DNA of 64,000 nt from Zancudomyces culisetae HAW-14-8 (lineage: Eukaryota > Fungi > Kickxellomycota). The stretch is taken from the NCBI GenBank assembly GCA_052426225.1, contig JBNJNM010000015.1, forward strand, positions 620,001 through 684,000, in the 5' to 3' direction. Under the pieces are notes generated by a model. The model saw only the letters and a list, made by a program, of their open reading frames with translations. It was not told where the DNA came from and made no database searches. A program made the translations under genes and the position numbers. Numbering within the stretch: the stretch's first letter is position 1; the number at the start of each line of letters is the position of its first letter. Shown in pieces: positions 12,186-23,780 of this stretch.

Positions 12186-14060
12186 ATGAAAATATTTACT
12201 TTTATTGCATTTCTTGGTGCCGTTTCGGCGGATTGCACAAAGCACATAATAGAACAGGGTGACACATGCCATCAAGTGGCAACCAATTATGGAGTTACGC
12301 TGGAAGATTTATACATTTTCAACCCTGGCGTGGAGTGTGACTCTCTTCAGATAGGCGAGCATTTAAACTTAAACAATGAATGTATTGGTGATGATATTAA
12401 CGAGGAGGATCTTGACGAAAACGAAGAGAGTATAGAGGACAAAGAAGGTGGACCAAAAGAGTTTGAAAAGATCCATGTCGTTAAATATGGTGAATCTTGC
12501 TGCTCAATTTCCGATTTATACAACCTGGATATCAAGCAGCTAATTGAAATGAATGAACACTTGGAATCGTGGAATGGGTGTGCTGATCTCATTGTTGGAC
12601 AGGTGCTGATTGTCGGAGATAGTAGCAAACTGCCATTCGGATGCGTTGTTCATGTGGTCAAAGAATCGGATACGTGTTGTTCGATTGAGGAAAAGTACAG
12701 TATAAAAAGAACGGATATAGAGTCGCTGAATATACACAATCCCGATTGGTTGGGATGTGACGCACTTATAGTTGGTGAATACATCTGCGTCTTACCCACA
12801 CAGGCACCAGAAAAGGGATGTCAAACATATAAAGTAATATCCGGAGATACATTAGAGAGCGTGAGCACAGAGTTTGAAACAACCATGGAATTGTTGAATG
12901 AACTCAACAAAGACGATCCTGAATGGGACAAGGATCTAGCAAAACTAGTAGGAAAAGAAATCTGTGTTTGGAAAAAAGTGCAAGTCGTCTCCATTCAAAA
13001 CCTTGATAAGGGCATTACTAAAAATGACAAAACACTGGATTTTATAAAGGTGGGTTACTACGAGTACTGGGGGTCCTCAAGAAAATGTTTGAAAAAACAG
13101 GCAAAAAATATAAATACTAAGCGATACACACACATACACTATGCCTTTGCCAAGATCTCTCAAGACTTCAAGGTAGAGATCGAAGAATCCTACTTTGACG
13201 ATTTTCTTGACTTTACACGGCTATCAGGTGTAAAAAAAATTCTATGTTTTGGTGGATGGAAGTTTAACGATCCAGGTCCAACAAAACATTTAATGCGGGA
13301 AATGGTTGCAAGGCATAAAGATGAGTTTATATCCAATTTAAAAGTATTTCTCGAAACCTATTCGCTAGATGGCTTTGATATTGATTGGGAGTACCCCGGT
13401 ATCCCAGAAAGAGGGGGATCACCCGAAGACGCACAAAACTTTTTGGATTTTGTGAAACAAGCAAGGAGTACCATGCCTAACTACATAATTTCAATCTCTA
13501 TACCCGCCTCACGCGAAAAGTTAAGACACTTTAAGCTAGAAGAAATGTCTGAATACCTGGATTATATGGGAGTAATGACATACGATTATCATGGTATCTG
13601 GGAAACAAGTTTACCTCCAGATCAAAGATTTTTAAAACCACATTCCAGCTGGATTGACACTGTTAGTACAATAGAGCATATTAAAGCGCTACGCGTACCC
13701 TCTAAAAAGCTACTCGTGGGTATTCCCCTTTATGGACGATCCTTTGTTCAAAAGGATCCAAATTGCTTCACTTCAAACTGCCATTTTATTAACAAGAAAC
13801 CTATACCCGGAAGATGTACACAGGAACGAGGATTTATGGGTTTGGGCGAAATTAGAGAAATAATAAGGTCTAGAAAATTCAGAAAGTTGGCGTATGAAAG
13901 GCGATCTGATACAAACATCTTGACTTATGGCAAAAATCAGTGGGTCTCTTATCTGAAGATGCAAGTTGTTGAAAGCAGAATTGAAAAGATCAAAGCCATG
14001 CAGCTAGGAGGAATATCAGAGTGGACAATAAGTATGCTGGGTGATACAAGATCTAGCTAG
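12186..14060 (+). CDS. Secreted GH18 chitinase with four N-terminal LysM modules (subgroup C / killer-toxin alpha-like catalytic domain)
   Basis: Signal peptide MKIFTFIAFLGAVSA; four H/Y-x-V/I-x-x-G/S-D/E-T/S LysM repeats; YTHIHYAFA, FGGW, intact catalytic LDGFDIDWEYP, MTYDYHG, GIPLYGRSF. Confidence 0.95.
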   Translation: MKIFTFIAFLGAVSADCTKHIIEQGDTCHQVATNYGVTLEDLYIFNPGVECDSLQIGEHLNLNNECIGDDINEEDLDENEESIEDKEGGPKEFEKIHVVKYGESCCSISDLYNLDIKQLIEMNEHLESWNGCADLIVGQVLIVGDSSKLPFGCVVHVVKESDTCCSIEEKYSIKRTDIESLNIHNPDWLGCDALIVGEYICVLPTQAPEKGCQTYKVISGDTLESVSTEFETTMELLNELNKDDPEWDKDLAKLVGKEICVWKKVQVVSIQNLDKGITKNDKTLDFIKVGYYEYWGSSRKCLKKQAKNINTKRYTHIHYAFAKISQDFKVEIEESYFDDFLDFTRLSGVKKILCFGGWKFNDPGPTKHLMREMVARHKDEFISNLKVFLETYSLDGFDIDWEYPGIPERGGSPEDAQNFLDFVKQARSTMPNYIISISIPASREKLRHFKLEEMSEYLDYMGVMTYDYHGIWETSLPPDQRFLKPHSSWIDTVSTIEHIKALRVPSKKLLVGIPLYGRSFVQKDPNCFTSNCHFINKKPIPGRCTQERGFMGLGEIREIIRSRKFRKLAYERRSDTNILTYGKNQWVSYLKMQVVESRIEKIKAMQLGGISEWTISMLGDTRSS

Positions 14061-14832
14061 CCTTTATATATACTTTTTTATTTTTTATTTTATTTTTTCA
14101 AAATATGGCGATTCTCAACCTGAATGTGAAACTGTAAGGAGGATGGATATCTCTAATTCAATACCATATATATGAGTACACCAACTTTGAAAGTTTAAAG
14201 GTATTTCTTTTGTGAAAAAGTTGGTTTTCTTTTTAACTCAACTTTATCTTTCTTGGTTTGGAGATACAATCCTCGGATGCATTGGTATTTGCTGGTACTA
14301 ACTACAAATACACTTGGTGAGGAAAGAACTAGCATATTCATACTATGAGTGTTGTTATCATATCAAATCTTTTTTCTAAACCTGTTAGGAGCTAGTATTT
14401 GATGTAAATTAAAGTGTCAGAAAAAAGTACTAGTTTTTGGAAAGATCAAACATTATGTTTAATCCAAAGTAAATGTAAATGTAAAACTTACGAGTTAGCA
14501 CACAACATGGATATCGCTATCTTACTTTGTTTTCAAAGTGAACTTATAGAATAATCCTATAATTTTGGGAGAACCATCCATAAATTAACGAACGAGTATC
14601 GTATTTTGTAATCGAAGCCTGATTTCAGCCTAATAATACATTCTAACAATCTCCGTGCTCTTTTAAATACAATAAAGAGTTTGCTATTGAATTATCAAAA
14701 GATAAAGTATAAAAACTAAGGAGTATTCGGTATCATCCAATGATATAATTAATGAACTTTAACAGTCTACACAATCACTCATACATCACAAATATTTTTT
14801 AGACTGGCTTCAGCATTTCAATTCACTATAAT

Positions 14833-17800
14833 TTATAATTCCATCGCCATTCTTTGCGAAAAAATAAACAAATTGTGATCAGTCAAGCCATCTACAGCTT
14901 TAAAAGCTGGTTCCCCATTCACACTTGCGTTAGCGCCATATTTTATCAACAACTTGATCATTTCCTCATTATTACGGTTGTACGCTTCCTTCAGCCCATA
15001 ATCCTTTCCCAGTACCAAATTTGGATTTCTTTCAAGTAAAAGCCTCAAAATTTCCAAGTTATTATTCCCGCAAGCCTGAATCACACCACTTTCATACCCC
15101 TTTCTTATTTTGGCCCCTTTCTCAAACAGCATTTTCAGAATTTCTAGATTATTGTTCTTACATGCATCGAAAATGTAATTATATCCACCATTTGCAAGCG
15201 TAACCATATATTCCAGAGCCAAACTAACTGCTTCTACCTTGTTTTTTCGAACAGCGCTTAGTAGTAATAGTGAATCATCTCCAATATCAGGACAATGATT
15301 TAATATTAACCGTAATGTTTCAATGTCATCTAAATTGGAATATTCTGCAAGATAATGTGAATATTTATCTACTTTTGCTCCAAGTTTCAATAAAAACTTA
15401 ATCATCTCAACACTTTTTGCTTGGAGTGCTATATTTAAAGTATCAGGATTGTCTTCAATACTAAACCCATCCTCTAAAAGAAGTTCTACCACATCAGTGT
15501 TTCCTGTTTGCACCGCAATTTGCAGTATTTTTGAATCACCATTATGATTGAACTTGTAAGAAAGAAGTAACTTCAAGATTTCAACATTGGCTAATGCGAC
15601 TGCTGCGATTACTCCATCCAACAGATCGTTGTTTTGGATGGGTTTACCCTTTTCAAGCAATATTTTAGTAATCCTGTATTGTTCAAAACGATCGGAGTTT
15701 TCAAGATTCAAAAATGAATCATTTTTTAATTCATTTCCCTCACTCGACTCTGTGTTTTCCCTTTTTTCCAATACTCCCAAACCATCATAATGCTCAAGAA
15801 TGATCTTTACCAATCCGATATCCTCAACCAAGCACGCGTACTCCAATTGATGATGCTGAACACCCTTTATCACAGCATTATTATTCAAAAGATATTTCAA
15901 TGTTCTTTTGAGACCCAATCTACATGCAATCCTTACTCCATTTCGTCCTGGGTCACTCAAATCAACTCCATTTTCTACCAAAAGTTTAACCATATCAAAA
16001 TTACCCAATAAACATGCCATGTTAATACAAGGATACTCTGGATTCTTGGGTACCACACCTCCATTCTTTATCCAGTGTTGTAACACATCGATGCTATTTG
16101 ATTTACATACATCTTCAAACCCATCCGACGCTCCTTTTAGTTTTGCACCTTTGCTGATACTGTAGTTAATCCAACCAATGTCACCTGATTTATATGCTGT
16201 TTTCAAAATTAGACTACCAGCTGAGCTGATATTCATTCCATGTTCTATCAGCAATCTCAAAATTTCAAAGTTTCGGTTGACCAATTCTAACTTTGCCAGC
16301 TCGTAATGTCTATCATTCAAAATTTCTACATCTCCTCCGTGTCCTGAATCGCTTGTTTCATCATATTCGGCGTCATTGAATGTGCTTTGCAGATCATTTT
16401 CAACAATATATCCAATGATTTCAACTAATTTATCATAACAGTCTCCTGAAGTGTTGCTTCTAAGGCTCATAAAGCAAAAACCCATATGATATGAATAAAA
16501 AACATCGGCGATGTCTTTTCTTTTCGAGTTAACGATCATCATCACTTTCTCGTACAAATCCAAATGCTTAATAAACTCATCAAATTCAACATTACTATTA
16601 GGATTATATTGATCATAGGACTGGCGAACTTCAATAAGACATAGGATTGTTTTGCTAAATTTAAATTTCGTTCCAACCTTGTCCTGGCATCCTGGAGTTT
16701 TGAATTTAACCACTTCTTTATCTTTATCAAAATGGTCTAATAGCCGTTCAGCTATTTCATAATTCTTGATACTACACAGTTGTTCGATAACACGTTGATC
16801 CACCAGTTTGACCGAAACATCATTTTCCAAAAATAACCGTAACATATCCACATCTCTTCTTTTTATAGGTATATTGATTCCCTCGAATTCTGACGAAAAC
16901 AAATTTACTCCAGATTTGATAAGTAGTTTTACAACTGTAATATTTCCACTTTCCACTGCACCCTCCAGACAGGAAACGTCTACAATATTTGGATATTTAT
17001 TGATGATTTCTTTTGCTAGGTCGTAATCCTTCTTCTTAATAGCCGTTTTCAATACATTTTCATCTAGACCACACTCCAGTTTATCACTGTTGTTTAAAAG
17101 AAATTTAACAATATCGACATTACCACTTTCGTACGCCATTTCTGTCATTTTTCGTATATTCTCTGAACTTGGTTCCACTTTAAAAAAATATTCTTGCACC
17201 AAACTTCCATTTCTACATCTTATTGCAGCATCGAACAACATTTGTTGGTAAATGACACCGGGGTAGCTATCTTTAAGAAAATTTATCAATTCTTCCCTAT
17301 CCCAGCAAATCGAATAATATGAACATGCCATATAGATCAACAGTTCCATTTTAGTTTCATATCCAAAATCCCTAATAAATCGAAGCAATTTGACAGCTGT
17401 TCCCATACCAAATGCACTGCTAAGAAGTTCTAATTCCTGAAAAGGAATATTAGTGTTGATTTCTAAATCCAGAATTCTTTTTAACAATTCAGGTCCATTA
17501 AATGCAGCACATTTGATTGCAGCCAACAACATACAAAATATTACATGTTTACTATCAGAGAATCTGTACTCAGGTTCAACAGAGTCCGCGAACTCTGAAG
17601 GAAACTCAATTTTACTGCTACAAGCATCTACAAACACTTCAATATCATCTTTTCGAAAGTTTGTAATCGCCTTTGCTATTAGTAGCCTCAACCCCTTTTC
17701 TGTAGCTACTAGCGGTCTAATAATAAGTGAATCAGAAACCTTGATATCTCTTGTCACATTTGGGTATTCGACTTCATCCGAGAACAACTCTTCAATATCA

Positions 17801-18231
17801 ATATCTAGATATTCATCTTGGTTCATAAATAAAGTGCCCTTGTGCACAACATTTAAAGTGTTTATATCGATTATCATATACATTCTAAGCAACTTTTTTA
17901 ATATGTTCCTCCAATTATAGGTTATTGACAGTTCTAAAGCCGTTTTATAGCTCAGGTTCTTGATTTTCCTCAGAACCAGCATTCCAACGGTCTCATTCAT
18001 GCTTATTCTAGTATATTTATCGAGTATATTCCCCAACCTCCATTCAAAGTCATTTTGAGTATTTGATGATACATATTGAACGATGTACTTTTTAATGGTG
18101 TCCACTTGTTGCGAGGCATAGTACATGCCTTCGTTTAAGAGTGATATCTGAGCGTTCTGAGCGAGTACAAATATGGTTGACAGAATATTTTCTGGAAGCT
18201 TGCTGAAAACATTACCATCATCGTTATTCAT
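14833..18231 (-). CDS. Large ankyrin-repeat protein with F-box-like N-terminus (paralogue A, intact, ~1130 aa)
   Basis: First ATG at 18231 aligns with the paralogue starts (track start 18273 is TTG); FSKLPENILSTIF; many ankyrin units such as AVESGNITVVKLLIKSG, ACLLGNFDMVKLLVENG, ACKNNNLEILKMLFEKGA. Confidence 0.9.
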   Translation of the reverse strand: MNNDDGNVFSKLPENILSTIFVLAQNAQISLLNEGMYYASQQVDTIKKYIVQYVSSNTQNDFEWRLGNILDKYTRISMNETVGMLVLRKIKNLSYKTALELSITYNWRNILKKLLRMYMIIDINTLNVVHKGTLFMNQDEYLDIDIEELFSDEVEYPNVTRDIKVSDSLIIRPLVATEKGLRLLIAKAITNFRKDDIEVFVDACSSKIEFPSEFADSVEPEYRFSDSKHVIFCMLLAAIKCAAFNGPELLKRILDLEINTNIPFQELELLSSAFGMGTAVKLLRFIRDFGYETKMELLIYMACSYYSICWDREELINFLKDSYPGVIYQQMLFDAAIRCRNGSLVQEYFFKVEPSSENIRKMTEMAYESGNVDIVKFLLNNSDKLECGLDENVLKTAIKKKDYDLAKEIINKYPNIVDVSCLEGAVESGNITVVKLLIKSGVNLFSSEFEGINIPIKRRDVDMLRLFLENDVSVKLVDQRVIEQLCSIKNYEIAERLLDHFDKDKEVVKFKTPGCQDKVGTKFKFSKTILCLIEVRQSYDQYNPNSNVEFDEFIKHLDLYEKVMMIVNSKRKDIADVFYSYHMGFCFMSLRSNTSGDCYDKLVEIIGYIVENDLQSTFNDAEYDETSDSGHGGDVEILNDRHYELAKLELVNRNFEILRLLIEHGMNISSAGSLILKTAYKSGDIGWINYSISKGAKLKGASDGFEDVCKSNSIDVLQHWIKNGGVVPKNPEYPCINMACLLGNFDMVKLLVENGVDLSDPGRNGVRIACRLGLKRTLKYLLNNNAVIKGVQHHQLEYACLVEDIGLVKIILEHYDGLGVLEKRENTESSEGNELKNDSFLNLENSDRFEQYRITKILLEKGKPIQNNDLLDGVIAAVALANVEILKLLLSYKFNHNGDSKILQIAVQTGNTDVVELLLEDGFSIEDNPDTLNIALQAKSVEMIKFLLKLGAKVDKYSHYLAEYSNLDDIETLRLILNHCPDIGDDSLLLLSAVRKNKVEAVSLALEYMVTLANGGYNYIFDACKNNNLEILKMLFEKGAKIRKGYESGVIQACGNNNLEILRLLLERNPNLVLGKDYGLKEAYNRNNEEMIKLLIKYGANASVNGEPAFKAVDGLTDHNLFIFSQRMAMEL

Positions 18232-18343
18232 AGTGTTGTAAGCTTTATTATTATTATTGTTTCTTCCTTTCAAGCTTGGTTTGTTTATTAAAGTATTAAA
18301 GCAATGTGATTAAGTAAAGAAAACCAGAAAAAGCGATATTTTT

Positions 18344-18449
18344 GATTTTATGCTACTCTCGATTTCTTGAGTTTCTGAATCTTTAATGCTGATTTGTCCA
18401 GTAGTTTTCAGCGTAATTTGAAAAATGTGATGACTTTACAAATGATTGG
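18344..18449 (-). promoter_or_regulatory. TATA-like and CCAAT boxes conserved upstream of all three ankyrin paralogues (also 20259-20375 and 29759-29873)
   Basis: TATCCAAT 214-229 nt and (T/C)ATAAAA 107-117 nt upstream of each ATG within alignable upstream DNA. Confidence 0.55.
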
Positions 18450-18699
18450 ATACAGATTGCGATTAAAATATCAAACCAGAAAACTTGGTCCATTCCCAGT
18501 CCAATGGCTTATTTCTCTTTGTGGGTTTCTGGATGGGCTTACTAATAACCAAAAGAAACTTAAAATTTAAAGCTATAAAACCAATTCTCGCTGTCCCTCA
18601 AGCAACATCATGTTCACCAGGCGTTGGTCCAAGCAGGTTGATTCTGCTCTGAGTTGATCTAGGATTTGCACCCTCGCTTGACAGAACCTATCCAAGAGT

Positions 18700-20142
18700 C
18701 TAGTCTAAAGATCCATCAGAGGCACCATTTTCCAATAATAATTGTAGCATATTTATATCATTATTTCTATTTGCAATCGTAATCCCATTGAATTCAGGTG
18801 ATTTTAAATTTATTCCGGAATTGATAAGCAGTTTTGCAATTCTGATATCTCCACTTTCCACTGCTTCCGCTAGGCAGGAAGCACTTACTATGTTTGGATA
18901 CTTGTTGATTATTTCTTTTGTCAACTCGTAGTCGCTGTGTTCTATGGCTATCATAATAGCGTTTTCATCTAAATCCCCTTTCAACTTATCGCTGTGATTT
19001 AAAAGGAACTTAATCATATCGATATAACCTCTATCGTATGCCATTTCTGTTATTTTTCTAATATTTTCTGAGTTTAACTCCACTTTAAAAAAGTATTCCT
19101 TCACTAAACTCGTTTTTTCATGAAATATCGCCGCATCAAACAACATCTGTTGGCAAATGGCATCGGGGTAGTTATCCTCAAGTAATTTTACCTGTTCTTC
19201 TCTATCCCAACAAATTGAATAGCATAAACATGCCATGTAGATCAATAACTCCATGTTAGTTTCATACCCATACTTTTTAATAAAAGCGATTGATCTCCCA
19301 AATGTGTACATATTATATACATTGTTAAACGCTCTCAACTCCTGAATAGAAAGTGTTACTTTGATATTGAACTCCAAAACGCGCTTTAATAGTTCAATTA
19401 TGTCTAATTCGCAGCTTCTACGTGCAGCTACCAATATAGAATACAAAATAGCCTTACTAGCAGTAAACTTAATATTTTTTTCAACAGAGACTGATACTCC
19501 TAGCGGAAGCTTAATTTTAGCGTCGTAGACATATATTAACGCTTCAACGGCCATTGTTTGCAAGGTTGTTCTTAATTTTTTGAATAGTACTTTCATTCCC
19601 AATCTTGAAGCTACTAATGGCCTGAAATAAAGAGAGTGAGAAATCTTGATATCTATTAGGTCCTTTTCTGATTCACTGTTTTCCAAAAATAAACTTCCAA
19701 TATCAACATCTAGGTATTCACCCTCGTTCATAAATATAGTACCCTTATACACAACAGTTGAGGTGTTTCTATCAATAACAACATACATCTTTAGCAGTTT
19801 TTTTAGCACATTCCTCCACTTGTACTTAAATGCCATATTTAGAGCTGTTTCGTAGTCCAAACTCTTGATTTTTCTCAGAACCAATGCCCCGGCCGTTTCA
19901 TTTATATTTATTCTCGTGTATTTCTCAAATATTGTACTTAAATTTGACTCCAAATTATCCTTTGTGTCAGATAAAGCATATAAAAGTATGTACTTGCTAA
20001 TAGTGTCTACCTGTTGTGAGGCGTAGTGCATATTTTCGTTCAACAGTGATAGTTGAGGGTTCTGGACAAGAACAAATATGGTTGACAGGATACTTGCCGG
20101 AAGTTTGTTGAAAAGACTGTTGTCGTTGTTTTTGGAGTTCAT
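18700..20142 (-). pseudogene. C-terminally truncated F-box-like/ankyrin paralogue B (480 aa); pseudogene or short isoform
   Basis: Colinear with the N-terminal ~490 aa of paralogue A; stops at a TAG aligned to a Gln (CAA) codon of the other copies, then runs into the paralogue A upstream region. Confidence 0.65.
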
Positions 20143-22679
20143 TGTGTCGTAAGTTTTAATATCCTTATCCCCCCTCCTTCCCCTCAGCTTGTTTTCTTAT
20201 TAGTATGTTAAAGTAATCCGGTCAAAATAAACAGAGTGAAATAGATGAATTATCTTGATTTTATACAATTTTCCTGATTTTTTTTGATCTACCTATTTTA
20301 TTTTTAGGATTTGGTTTAAATGGTTGTTTGCTGTGTAATTTAATAAAAATCAATAAAAAAATGTCAAATTATTGGATAAGTTCAAGATGATTTGCTACTA
20401 ATCAAAAAAGTCTCATCAAATTGACAGCTGAAAGTCATTCCAACTCTCCTAATCTTTAACCAAACACAAACTGGCCATTCCATCTCAGTTATTCTTGTCA
20501 GGATGTTTATTGATGGTGGTGAGGTGTTGAAAGTATATATTAAAGTATTGAATATTTACGAAAGTGAAGAGTGTAGCCCTTAGGGAACACAAATTACAGA
20601 TATATTTGATTATACCAACTGTATTTTAGAGAAATTCAAATAAATTATCACTGACAAAATAACAGTATTAAAACACTCTGGTCCCTAAAGAGATACATAA
20701 TTATGTGAAAATACAATAAAATATTCTGTGATATTCATAGGTGATCTCAGTTCTGGGATATTTTATTGTCTAGTAAGCGTTGATATATGTGGAAATTTAA
20801 AAAAGTGTGATTTACGTGTCAATTCAAGATAAAACAGTTCTATAACAAAAAAGGACGGAAAAAATAAGTGTCAAAAGGATAATAAAGTCTTATTTTCTAG
20901 TAACAATATTTTAATTTATATATACTATATCCATATTTGTTAGACTTTTTAAGGAGATTGCAACTCTCTATATATGAAACGGTAGAGGGGAAAACCAGAA
21001 AGAAGGACAACAGTATTGTTTTTATTCTAAAGTCAATAAAGCTTAATATTTAAAAACTAAAAAATATATATAAATACTGAAGGTATACACAGAGACGGAA
21101 CACTCTATTACATACCCAAAGAGAGGATTGTTGGGGGAGCTTACCAAATCTCTTAGTCGTTAAATCTGTAGTCAACATACTAGTTTTTTTTTTACAAATT
21201 AAAAAAACTGCAGGATAAAAATTTCTACTAAATAAAAGAATACCTATAAATGCTCAAATCCACAAAACTATAAAAGAAGCAAACGAATTCGACCTTTGGT
21301 AATTAGCCGAGATGCAACACAATAGTCCAACCAAAGGGAAAACCAACAGCGCAACATATATATTTGGAGGTGACCAAAAAAAGATCTTTTATAAGAATAA
21401 TTAGAATTGATAAAACTCAGAGTGGATATAAAGCTAAATATATCACTGTTACTTTAATAAAACGTTAGATCTGAATACCGAGCAATGAAGATTTTATAGA
21501 ATATCTGTCAGTAAAAACTATAAAATAAAACTATAATTTAGGGTTTGGTGAATAGGATATGTAAACAGGTAGTGTTATATGCTATACTGATATAATAAAG
21601 ACGGACTTTTATAAATATGATTATATATACAAAATATCTTGTGTAAACTCATAAGATTGTTGGTTTTTATGAATCTGAGACTTAAAATATACCACAATGC
21701 AATATCATTCATTCTTTTGATTTAACTGACGCGATATATAGCAAATGGTGAAATATGGAAGTATAAAGTGAGAAACTGGATTTAACACACCTTTGGGTAA
21801 CTATCTAATATTGTATAGTTGTATAGAGCGAAGTTTATAATTTATTAGCTATTTATTCAGAATCAATGTAAAAATATTGTATGCCAACGTAGAGTTGGTA
21901 AACGTATTGACTTGAAATGAGGTCAATCTCTCTACAAAGTGTGGTTTTATGTATTAGAATAGGAATCTAAATAAGTTGAAAATTCTGAAATTGTCAATAC
22001 AACCTGGCTCAGAATTGAAAAAAAACTAGCTGAACCCATTAATCTAGCATAAGGGTAGGATAAACATAGATTTTTACAGCTATTGATGAGAGTCACTATG
22101 TTTGCACAACTCTCCTCCAACCTAAAGAAACCAAGTAAATCAAGATCTTACTCAAATATAAACACCACTGTTGTATAACTGTTTTGATAGTCCAAAGTTA
22201 TTATACTTTACTGAAAGCACTTTAGATCGAGGTTTTTGATAAATTCACGTTGAAGTCATGGGTGTACACAGCTAGGTATTGAATGACAATATATTATTCA
22301 ACGCAAATTTATTTATTTTAGTATTTCCTACTATTGTTATTTTCTTTAATGAATCAAAGTAATCAAGATTTAATAATAACTAGTATTTTGCAACATTCTG
22401 GATATTATTTATGTATTTATTTATTTCTGAAAAATACAATAACCCTAAAACTATATACTACACAGGTTATGATAAATTGCAAGAGTATGCTAATAAAAAA
22501 TAAGCAAAAAAACATCAAGATCTCAGAGTAAAATGGTCTTGGTTTTATTTCTAACTGTCTGTTCTTCTCACCAGTTACAAAAAATTATGAATCTGTCAAT
22601 GATACCAAATTAAAAGTAGTGGATATCTCAACTAAAAATACGTACTGTGAGACATACAGTACGACTATTCCACTAATTC

Positions 22680-23075
22680 TTAGCATTTACATCCAGATTC
22701 ACAGTGGCATATCTCGCCTTTATCCCCCTTGCATTCACAGGTTGCTTGTTCACATTTACATGGTCCTCCACATGTACAACCTTTACCATCTCTGCACTGA
22801 CATATACTTTTTCCTTCGCACTTGCACTCATCCTCCTTGCAGATACACTTTTTACCTACTGAACACCTACAACAGGTACTGGCTTTCTTATTTTCAGCAC
22901 AGTTGCACTTTTCAGATTCACAACAGCATTTTCCTTCAGAGGTGGCTGAACAACCTTGTCCCTTCTTGCAGCAGCATTCACAATTTCCAGCCTCACATGA
23001 ACACCGACCCCCGGGAGCATCTCTGCACTTTCCAATATCTTTGTTGTAGCAGGCCTTCTTGTCGCATGAACTCAT
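22680..23075 (-). CDS. Metallothionein-like Cys-rich protein (131 aa, ~34 Cys)
   Basis: ATG 23075 MSSCDKK...CKC; repeated CxC plus CC/CCC motifs, rich in K/E/G, nearly no aromatics, no signal peptide; TATAAATA at 23223-23216. Confidence 0.85.
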   Translation of the reverse strand: MSSCDKKACYNKDIGKCRDAPGGRCSCEAGNCECCCKKGQGCSATSEGKCCCESEKCNCAENKKASTCCRCSVGKKCICKEDECKCEGKSICQCRDGKGCTCGGPCKCEQATCECKGDKGEICHCESGCKC

Positions 23076-23780
23076 CTTTGATTTATTTATTTTGACTTGT
23101 ATTGGTTTATTAGTCAACCTTATTGGTATTATTGTTTTGTTTTTGTATTTAGTATGGAATACTAGGTGGTTTTATGATTGATATTTTCTTGTCTTTTTTG
23201 AGAAAAGTTGTTGACTATTTATACTTTTTTCTTGAGTTCTGGTTTTCTTTGTACATACTCAAGGCTTGGATTGTATTTTTATAAAAACAGGAACTTATAC
23301 ACTTGAAAAGTGCATTACACATCCGAGTTACTTTTGCCTGTAACCAAGTGAGTATGTGATTATAAATAATTTAGATACACTTCTCTTCTTTCGTTATATT
23401 CACTAAAATTGCATTTACAAAACCCATCCTGCTGCCCAATAGCAAAAATGGATCCACTAATTTTTTAATTGATTTGTTTTTAGCTTCTTTATGATTCTGT
23501 CACGAGATTTCCCACTGCCATTTCTCCTCTCTCTATCTCTTATTTTCTAGTTGCGCTGATTCTGCTATTCGCTACTTTTTAGAAAACATCACCAGCTTTT
23601 TGACCAAAACATTTTTTTACCCATTAGAAGCTTTAAAGAATGTCTCTGCTTTTTTACACTCGCATATTCCAAACTAACTCAGGCATTAATATTTCTTCTG
23701 CTAACTTTTTTTTCTCGATGCTTTAATAATAAATTGCGAATAAAACTACGTTTAAAAAATTCATCACAGCACCTATCTGA

